A DNA stretch of 64,000 nucleotides from an uncultured Lachnospiraceae bacterium (GTDB taxonomy: Bacteria; Bacillota; Clostridia; Lachnospirales; Lachnospiraceae): positions 2,782 to 66,781 of the forward strand of contig CAJUEI010000003.1 in assembly GCA_910585255.1 (NCBI GenBank), in the 5' to 3' direction. The translations under genes and the position numbers were made by a program. Positions 8,843-16,060 of the stretch are shown in pieces (the first letter of the stretch is position 1; each line of letters begins with the position of its first letter). The notes below the pieces were generated by a model, which saw nothing but the letters and a program-made list of their open reading frames with translations, did not search any database and was not told the origin of the DNA.

Positions 8843-9782
8843 TATTGTGGTTCCTTGTTTTAATGAGGAGGAGAATGTAGTTCCGTTAAGTGAAGCAATT
8901 ATTCGTACATTTCAGGAAGAGCTGCCTGGTTATGACTATGAGATTATTTTTATTGATAATGATTCTCAGGATAAAACACGAGGATTGCTAAAGGAAATGT
9001 GTGCGGGAAATTCGAAAATTAAGGCTATTTTAAATGCTAAAAATTTCGGACAGTTTAATTCTCCTTATTATGGGCTTTTGCAGATTACAGGGGACTGCGG
9101 TATTTTGGTAGCGGCAGATTTTCAGGACCCGATTGAGATGATTCCTAAATTTGTAAAGGAGTGGGAGAAAGGGTATAAGATTGTCTGTGGAATTAAGACC
9201 AGCAGCCGGGAGAGCAAATGGATGTATTTTTTTAGGAGCTGTTATTATAAGATGATTAAGAGGCTTTCTCAGGTGGAGCAGATTGAGCATTTTACGGGGT
9301 TTGGGCTGTATGACAGGAAGTTTATCGAGGTGTTAAAGCAGTTAGATGATCCGACACCTTTTTTGCGGGGGATTGTAGCGGAGCTGGGCTTTCGCAGAAA
9401 GGATTTGGAGTATACACAGCCTAAGAGGAGGGCTGGGAAGACCAGTAATAATTTTTACCGGCTTTATGATGCGGCGATGCTGAGTATTACTTCTTATACG
9501 AAGGTAGGGCTTCGACTGGCAACTTTGGTGGGGTTTTTGTGTGCGGCTTTTAGTATGGCGGTGGCAGCGGTTTATTTGGTGCTGAAGCTGATCTATTGGG
9601 ATCGCTTTATTGCCGGAACGGCACCTATTTTGATTGGGATGTTTTTGCTTGGATCGGTGCAGTTGTTTTTTATTGGGATGCTGGGGGAGTATGTGCTTAC
9701 GATTAATTCTAGGGTGATGAAGAGACCGCTTGTGGTGGAAGAGGAGAGGATTAATTTTGATTTGGAAGAGGATGGGGAATAA
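8829..9782 (+). CDS. GT2 glycosyltransferase, polyprenyl-phosphate sugar synthase type (GtrB/CsbB/DPM1-like) with two C-terminal TM helices
   Basis: VSIVVPCFNEEENV, FIDNDSQDKT and VAADFQDP motifs. The C-terminal hydrophobic segments are LATLVGFLCAAFSMAVAAVYLVL and ILIGMFLLGSVQLFFIGMLG. Confidence 0.8.
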   Translation: MKKVSIVVPCFNEEENVVPLSEAIIRTFQEELPGYDYEIIFIDNDSQDKTRGLLKEMCAGNSKIKAILNAKNFGQFNSPYYGLLQITGDCGILVAADFQDPIEMIPKFVKEWEKGYKIVCGIKTSSRESKWMYFFRSCYYKMIKRLSQVEQIEHFTGFGLYDRKFIEVLKQLDDPTPFLRGIVAELGFRRKDLEYTQPKRRAGKTSNNFYRLYDAAMLSITSYTKVGLRLATLVGFLCAAFSMAVAAVYLVLKLIYWDRFIAGTAPILIGMFLLGSVQLFFIGMLGEYVLTINSRVMKRPLVVEEERINFDLEEDGE

Positions 9783-9822
9783 AGGGAAAGAGGTCGATAG
9801 CGAGAGGTGGTTCCGAGGGGAC

Positions 9823-10066
9823 GATAGATGGGGAAGGCATCTTCTCACTGATACTCCGGTCTCCAGAAAGTAAGAAGTTCTAAGACTTCTGCATATTGGT
9901 GCATCCAGCCGGACGGACCGGGGTGCAATTCGCCCGTGCAACGGGCTAAACACACCCCTTTTTCGGGCACAAGTGCCCTCAAATCCTTTGTTTTCTAGCA
10001 GAAGTCAAAAACTTCTAACTTTCTTCCGAAGTCGTATCAGTGGGAAGATGCCTCCCCCATCTATCT
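9823..10066 (+). repeat. Copy A of a ~243-nt hairpin-forming intergenic element (long imperfect inverted arms plus a conserved asymmetric core)
   Basis: The arm at 9823-9892 pairs with 9998-10066. The core contains GGGGTGCAATTCGCCCGTGCAACGGGCTAAACACACCCCTTTTT. Related copies lie at 13752-13996 (inverted) and 24741-24981. Confidence 0.8.
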
Positions 10067-10181
10067 GTTTTCTGGATTAATAGGATGGTGGATTAGAGGT
10101 AAGAGAGAGTATGAGGAATTTTATTGTTTGGTTTAGGTAGGGATGGTTGGAGATTAAAAGATTACTGGAGATTAGGAAATT

Positions 10182-11414
10182 GTGAAAAAGAAATTGTGGA
10201 GAGGAAAAGAAGGTTTTCTGATAAAGTTGTTGGGGAATAAGATGCTTCAGGATGGAATTTTGTCGATTGGGGCAAAGTGTATTTTTTTTCTGGTTTTAAA
10301 GGGGTTGATTGAGCCTTGGATGAATCGGACATTAGGAGATGCGGCATTTGGGGATTATGTGGTGTATTATGGGTATATTTGTATTTTTTCTTATAGCTGC
10401 GGAGAGGCATTGAATCATATTCGGGTATTGAATCAGGAGACGGATCGGGAGCGGGCTAGGGACTATCGGCGGATTATAGCGGCGGAGGCTTTGATTAGTG
10501 TTTTGATTTTGTTCTGTTTTGGAATGGCTGTAGAACAGATGGGGGTGAGAGAAAGTGTTTTGTTTGGGATAACCTCTGTGGTGCTGATGGTGCGGCTGTA
10601 TTCGGAGTGTGTATTTCGGATTGAGATTAATTATAAGAAGATTTTGCTTTCTTCTGTACTGATGTCATTTGGATATTTGGCTGGTTATTTGGGGTTTCGG
10701 GCAACAGGGCAGTGGTATGTTATTTTTTTGATTGGAGAGACAGTTGCGGTTATTTATGCTGCTGTATCAGGAAAGTTATTTTGGGTGGATAGAAAAAAGG
10801 GAGTCAGTCAGTATTTTCTGCAGACTACGAAAAATGCAGCGACTCTGACAGGTTCTTATCTGATTAGCTATGCATTGATCTATATGGATCGGTTTTTGGT
10901 GCAGTTTCTTTTGGGGAGTGAGCAGGTGTCTACTTATTATATTGCGACTACTTATGGGAAATGTGTTGCATTAGTGATTCCTCCGATTACGGCGGTGCTG
11001 TTAAGCAATATTTCAAAGGGCACAATTTCGTTGGATAAGAAGATGGTTTATAAGGTGGTAGCGGGTTCTTTGGGGGCAGTTTTGTTGTTCTTTTTGGCGG
11101 GGATTCCTATGTCTAGAATCATGATTGGGATTCTTTATCCGGGGGCTTATAGGAACTGTTTGGCTGTGATGGATATGGGAAATCTGGCACAGATTGTATA
11201 TTATAGTTGTAGTATTGTAAATATGATGGCAATTCGGCTTTGTGATATGAAACTTCAGGTATTTGTGGAAACAGCCTATGCCATCCTTTATATTTTATTT
11301 GCTGTTATTGGTGCTGCGGCTGGCGGCTTGGTCGGGCTTGCAGTTGGAACATTGGGTGCCAATATTCTTCGGTTTATTTTATTAACCGTTCCGGTATATA
11401 GAAAGGTGAGGTAG
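10182..11414 (+). CDS. Polytopic membrane protein, oligosaccharide flippase (Wzx/MOP-like), putative
   Basis: About 12 hydrophobic segments, roughly 400 aa, located in a glycan locus. The start is uncertain (GTG 10182 or ATG 10242). Confidence 0.5.
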   Translation: MKKKLWRGKEGFLIKLLGNKMLQDGILSIGAKCIFFLVLKGLIEPWMNRTLGDAAFGDYVVYYGYICIFSYSCGEALNHIRVLNQETDRERARDYRRIIAAEALISVLILFCFGMAVEQMGVRESVLFGITSVVLMVRLYSECVFRIEINYKKILLSSVLMSFGYLAGYLGFRATGQWYVIFLIGETVAVIYAAVSGKLFWVDRKKGVSQYFLQTTKNAATLTGSYLISYALIYMDRFLVQFLLGSEQVSTYYIATTYGKCVALVIPPITAVLLSNISKGTISLDKKMVYKVVAGSLGAVLLFFLAGIPMSRIMIGILYPGAYRNCLAVMDMGNLAQIVYYSCSIVNMMAIRLCDMKLQVFVETAYAILYILFAVIGAAAGGLVGLAVGTLGANILRFILLTVPVYRKVR

Positions 11415-11415
11415 A

Positions 11416-12636
11416 ATGAAGCGTTCACAGGTATTTACATTGGTATTTTGTATTTCTATGTTTACATTGGGATTGATTACATTGACGTTATTTTTGCAGA
11501 ATCCGCAGGGAAGCCAGAGAAGTCTTCTTTTTCCGGATCAGGATGATTATTTTATGGATTTTTTTAATACTTTAAATTATACGGCAAATCGAAATCCCTA
11601 TCAGGACGGATATGGCGGATTGGTCAACCGGAATTATCTGCCTCTGGCATATTTGATTTTGTATCCATTTTCTAAATTGGGAGATTTTATTCATGAGCTG
11701 CCCAAAGAGATTCGCCCCGAACAGGCGGCAATGATCGGCTGTTTTGTATTTTTGCTGCTTTCTTTTGGGCTGTTTTTTTATTTGATGTATGAGGGAAAAA
11801 GCGGAAGGCGATTAGAAAAACTTTTTACTACTTTGGCATGTGCCTGTTCGGGGCTGATTCTTTATAATATTGACAGAGCCAATACAATCATTTTAGCGGT
11901 TGCTTTTTTATGGCTGTATCTATTGTTTTATCGGGATGAAAATCCAGTTTATCGCCATATTGCTTTAGTAGGGCTGGCGATTTCCGCTGCATTAAAAGTC
12001 TATCCGGCAATCTTTGGCGTGCTGCTTTTATATGAAAAACGTTGGAAAGATACAGCATGGGCAATTTTGTATGGGGTTATTGCGGTATTTCTGCCGTTTT
12101 TATTTTTTGAAGAAGGTTTTGCAGCCGTTCCTCAATTACTCTATAATGTACAATTAAACAGTAAAAAATATTATGGGGGAAGCTTCAGTATTGTAACCAA
12201 TCATATCTTAGATACGACCAATCTATTGTCCATTGGTTTTGGAATAGCAAAAGTACTGATGGTTCTTATTGCGGCAATGGCATGGCTTCAGGAAAAGTTT
12301 TGGAAAAGAATTTTGCTGCTGACCTGTGCACTGCTGCTTTCTCCGACACACAGCGGGTATTACTGCGGACTCTATCTGTTTATTCCGCTGATTTTCTTTT
12401 TAAACGAAGAAGATCACAGCAATTTAGACTGGCTGTATTTAGTTCTATTTATTTTGGCAGTTAGTCCGCTGCAGTTTCGTATCTCATTGCCTGAAACACG
12501 CTTGTTTCGGACACAGTTTGATAATTTTATGCTTCAAAATATGGCAGCAATAGGAATCTATCTAAGTTTAATTATAGAGACACTCTATTCAGCAGTAAAA
12601 CAATGGAATCTAAGAAAAAGACAGGTAGTTACATGA
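11416..12636 (+). CDS. Polytopic membrane protein, candidate polymerase (Wzy-like) or GT-C glycosyltransferase
   Basis: Ten or more TM segments with one larger loop. The ATG follows the preceding stop by 1 nt. No soluble domain is present. Confidence 0.4.
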   Translation: MKRSQVFTLVFCISMFTLGLITLTLFLQNPQGSQRSLLFPDQDDYFMDFFNTLNYTANRNPYQDGYGGLVNRNYLPLAYLILYPFSKLGDFIHELPKEIRPEQAAMIGCFVFLLLSFGLFFYLMYEGKSGRRLEKLFTTLACACSGLILYNIDRANTIILAVAFLWLYLLFYRDENPVYRHIALVGLAISAALKVYPAIFGVLLLYEKRWKDTAWAILYGVIAVFLPFLFFEEGFAAVPQLLYNVQLNSKKYYGGSFSIVTNHILDTTNLLSIGFGIAKVLMVLIAAMAWLQEKFWKRILLLTCALLLSPTHSGYYCGLYLFIPLIFFLNEEDHSNLDWLYLVLFILAVSPLQFRISLPETRLFRTQFDNFMLQNMAAIGIYLSLIIETLYSAVKQWNLRKRQVVT

Positions 12637-13565
12637 AAGAGAAAACGAGTTTAAAGAAAAAAATAGTAAAGATCGGCGGAATTCTGCTTGCAGCAGTAAT
12701 TCTAGGATTTATGGTAAAAGAATTTATACAAAACTGGCAGGATATCCGTCCCTATCTGGAAAATGCAAAACTAGGAATATTAGGAATTGCCATTTTACTC
12801 TATGCGGCTGCTTTTCTAGCAACCGGATATAATTGGGCATATCTGCTTTGGAGAATGGACAGCCGGCTGGAAAAAAGAGAATATCTGCATATTCATATGG
12901 TATCTGCTCTGGCACGCTATATTCCGGGAGGGATTTGGAATATTGTAGGAAAGGCATATATGTGTACAGAAAAAGGAGTAGAAAAATCGGCTACTACAGC
13001 CAGCATGATATTGGAATATGTATTTCAGATTTTATCAAGCGGCTTATTCCTGCTCTTTTTTTTACCAGTATTGATACAAGAATTTTTAACACCAATTTTA
13101 ACAGCAGGATTTATCCTAATTACCATTTTAATTCTTATCTTCCTTCCATGGATAGTCCGAATAGGAATCAAAATACTTGGAAAAGTATTCCGAGAAGATC
13201 TATCTGGGATGCAGATAAAAAATCGCTATGTTTATCAAATCTTAGCCCAATATGTCGGAGTCTGGCTATTTACTGGATTTGGATTAATTGTATTAGTAAG
13301 AGCCTTTGAAAACATTAGCTGGCTGCAGGGACTCTATCTTATGCTGTCCTATCCGATTTCCTGGGTAGCCGGTTTTTTAAGCCCCTCTCCCAATGGAATG
13401 GGAGTCCGGGAGGGAGTCCTTCGCCTGCTGTTAGGAGAACGCTACTCTTATGAACTATTACTATTAATTACATTAACAACCAGAATATGGACAATATTAG
13501 GAGAAGTAGTGGCATTTGCCGGATTTGAAAGTTACTATCATCTTAGAACCAAAAAGAGAAAATAA
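12633..13565 (+). CDS. Flippase-like / lysylphosphatidylglycerol-synthase TM-region family membrane protein
   Basis: The multi-TM protein with RYIPGGIWNIVGK and SPSPNGMGVREG motifs is typical of the UPF0104/LPG_synthase_TM family. I chose the ATG at 12633, which overlaps the upstream stop (ATGA). Confidence 0.6.
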   Translation: MKEKTSLKKKIVKIGGILLAAVILGFMVKEFIQNWQDIRPYLENAKLGILGIAILLYAAAFLATGYNWAYLLWRMDSRLEKREYLHIHMVSALARYIPGGIWNIVGKAYMCTEKGVEKSATTASMILEYVFQILSSGLFLLFFLPVLIQEFLTPILTAGFILITILILIFLPWIVRIGIKILGKVFREDLSGMQIKNRYVYQILAQYVGVWLFTGFGLIVLVRAFENISWLQGLYLMLSYPISWVAGFLSPSPNGMGVREGVLRLLLGERYSYELLLLITLTTRIWTILGEVVAFAGFESYYHLRTKKRK

Positions 13566-13751
13566 AAAAAGGAAATTCAGAATCTACTCCGCCACTTCCT
13601 CATAATCCCATGCTGCTATTGCAGCTTGTCAGATGGGACTTGCACCCTACCTGACACAAGGAAGTCCCTCAACCCACCGCTTTCGCCTTCACGGCTTAGA
13701 AACAGGGGACTTCCTCGATAGGTTAAAAAATGTACATTGCTGAAAAAACAA

Positions 13752-13996
13752 CCGGGTTTTGGAATTGGTCTTTTTCTGCTGTGACTTCGGAAGAAAGTTA
13801 GAAGGTCTTAGGCTTCTGCTCAAAAATCAGGATTTTTTGCCATCATCTGATGGCAAAAAAAGGGGTGTGTTTAGCCTCCTGCAGAGGCGAATTGCACCCC
13901 GTTCCGTCTGGTTGGATGCATGTTCCTGCAGAAGCCTTAGTCCTTCTTACTTTCTGGAGAGCGGAACAGCAGAAAAAGACCAATTCCAAAACCTGG
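13752..13996 (-). repeat. Copy B of the ~243-nt hairpin element, inverted relative to copies A and C
   Basis: The arm at 13752-13819 pairs with 13928-13996. The reverse complement of the core reads GGGGTGCAATTCGCCTCTGCAGGAGGCTAAACACACCCCTTTTTTT. Confidence 0.8.
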
Positions 13997-14144
13997 TGTC
14001 CTGCCCGGAAAAATCCAATAGGCAGAAAATAGATGCAGTAAGATACCAATCTTACCCCCAGTATTCTGCCCAAAAACACTTTTCCAGATTAAACCAGAGA
14101 CGAAAAATCAAAACCAAAACTAATTTAAGAAGGGACCCGTAAAA

Positions 14145-15101
14145 TTGAAGAAAAAAACACTATTTATCACAACCAAAAACTTAGACTACCTACGCAATAC
14201 ACAAGAAATCAATCTATTAAAAAAGCAGAATCAAGAAGTAAAAATAATAGGTTCTCTTTCCAAAAGCTATCCAAAACGGCTTCTTACCGTCTATACCAAA
14301 CTTTTCTTTCAAAACCTAAAAAAATATGATGAAGTTTTTATAGGCTTTGCCCCTCAGCTTATTCTCCCCTTTTGGCAGTGGAAATTTCGTAAAAAATCAG
14401 TTACAATCGATTTTTTTATTTCTATGTATGATACATTTATATTTGATCGAAAAAAATTCAAAAAAAACAGTCTATTTAGTAAATTTTTTCACTATTTAGA
14501 TCAAAAAACCATTTCCCTTGCCGATACTATTATCTGTGATACCAAGGAACATGGAAAATATTTTACAGAAGAATTCAACGCTTCTCCTAAACAACTGCAT
14601 ACTTTATATCTAGAGGCAGATACTACTATATATTATCCAAGAGAGAAGAAAAAAGAAAATGATTTTTTTGAGGTACTTTATTTTGGAAGTATTCTGCCTT
14701 TACAAGGCGTGGATATTGTGTTAAAATCAGCACAGATTTTGCGGAGAAATTCTGCCGTTCATTTTACTTTAATAGGACCAATTGAAAAGAAATATCAAAA
14801 AATAGAGAGTGATACCATTACGTATCTGTCCTGGCTTCCACAAGAGCAGCTTGCCGAAGCGATTGCTCAGGCGGATCTGTGTCTAGCCGGACATTTTAAT
14901 GGAGAGATCCAGAAAGCAAAGCGAACGATTCCAGGAAAGGCTTATATCTATCAGGCAATGAAAAAACCAATGATATTAGGCGACAATCCCGCTAATAGAG
15001 AACTCTATTCAGAGGACATGGAAGGGATTTATTTTGTAGAAATGGGTAATCCGCAGGCACTTGCTGAGAAAATTCTTGAGGTTAAAGGAGAAGACAAATG
15101 A
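14145..15101 (+). CDS. GT-B fold glycosyltransferase (GT4/GT1-like)
   Basis: TTG start. The C-terminal half FGSILPLQGVDIVLKSA...FTLIGP...PGKAYIYQAMKKPMILGD resembles the GT1/GT4 nucleotide-sugar binding domain. Confidence 0.55.
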   Translation: MKKKTLFITTKNLDYLRNTQEINLLKKQNQEVKIIGSLSKSYPKRLLTVYTKLFFQNLKKYDEVFIGFAPQLILPFWQWKFRKKSVTIDFFISMYDTFIFDRKKFKKNSLFSKFFHYLDQKTISLADTIICDTKEHGKYFTEEFNASPKQLHTLYLEADTTIYYPREKKKENDFFEVLYFGSILPLQGVDIVLKSAQILRRNSAVHFTLIGPIEKKYQKIESDTITYLSWLPQEQLAEAIAQADLCLAGHFNGEIQKAKRTIPGKAYIYQAMKKPMILGDNPANRELYSEDMEGIYFVEMGNPQALAEKILEVKGEDK

Positions 15102-16060
15102 AACTGATTATTCAGATACCGTGCTATAATGAAGAAGAGACGCTTCATATCGCACTAAACGATTTGCCCAAGCAGATCGATGGAATTGATAAAATTGAAT
15201 ATTTGATTATTAATGACGGAAGTAAGGATAAGACAGTAGAAGTAGCAAAAAAATGGGGTGTTAATTATGTCGTAAATTTTAAACGAAATAAAGGGCTTGC
15301 CTATGGATTTATGGCAGGATTAGACGCCTGTCTGCGAAATGGGGCAGATATTATTGTAAATACCGATGCCGATAACCAATATGTAGCAGAAGATATTGAA
15401 AAATTGGTCAGACCCATTTTGGAGGGAAAGACCGATATTGTGATTGGAGAGCGGCCGATTGATCAGACAGCACATTTTTCACCGCTGAAAAAGAAACTAC
15501 AGCATTTTGGAAGCTATGTGGTGCGAATTGCTTCTAAAACTGATATTCCAGATGCCCCAAGTGGTTTTCGTGCCTTTAGCCGGGAAGCGGCACTTCGTCT
15601 GAATGTGGTAAATGAGTATACCTATACTCTAGAGACAATCGTACAGGCAGGACGGGAGAAAATCGCTATGACCTCCGTACCGATTCGTACCAATCCCGAG
15701 CTTCGGAAGTCTCGTCTGTTTAAAAGTATGTTTGGATATGTAAAAAAGTCTATTGTAACCATTGTCCGTGCCTTTGTGATGTATAAACCCATGCAGTTTT
15801 TTTCTCTGGTAGGAGGAACCGTGTTTGCACTTGGGTTTATTCTTGGCGTGCGGTTTTTGGTATTTATTGCAATGGGAGAAGGGAATGGACATGTACAGTC
15901 CCTTATCTTAGCAAGTACACTGATGATGCTTGGATTTCAGACTTTTATTGTGGGGCTTCAGGCAGATATTATTGCAGCAAACAGAAAGATTTTAGAAGAT
16001 ATTCAATATCGAGTAAGAAAGATGGATTACGACAATGATGCAGAAAAAGAAAATAAATAA
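15098..16060 (+). CDS. GT2 polyprenyl-phosphate sugar synthase (CsbB/GtrB-like) with C-terminal TM helices
   Basis: IIQIPCYNEEETL, INDGSKDKT and NTDADNQY motifs, plus two C-terminal TM segments. ATGA overlap with the upstream gene. Overlaps the yfhO-like gene downstream. Confidence 0.8.
   Translation: MKLIIQIPCYNEEETLHIALNDLPKQIDGIDKIEYLIINDGSKDKTVEVAKKWGVNYVVNFKRNKGLAYGFMAGLDACLRNGADIIVNTDADNQYVAEDIEKLVRPILEGKTDIVIGERPIDQTAHFSPLKKKLQHFGSYVVRIASKTDIPDAPSGFRAFSREAALRLNVVNEYTYTLETIVQAGREKIAMTSVPIRTNPELRKSRLFKSMFGYVKKSIVTIVRAFVMYKPMQFFSLVGGTVFALGFILGVRFLVFIAMGEGNGHVQSLILASTLMMLGFQTFIVGLQADIIAANRKILEDIQYRVRKMDYDNDAEKENK

Noticed and set aside
9342-9953. 203-aa minus-strand ORF, together with the ORFs at 13759-14142 (+), 13843-14079 (-), 13850-14032 (+), 24630-24839 (-), 24707-24898 (-) and 24796-24978 (-), all crossing the hairpin elements
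   Set aside because: They are translations of the repeated palindromic element and share peptides such as RIAPRSV(R/W)LDA purely because the DNA repeats. They lack RBSs, overlap real genes or each other, and have low-complexity composition rich in Pro, Arg and Ser.
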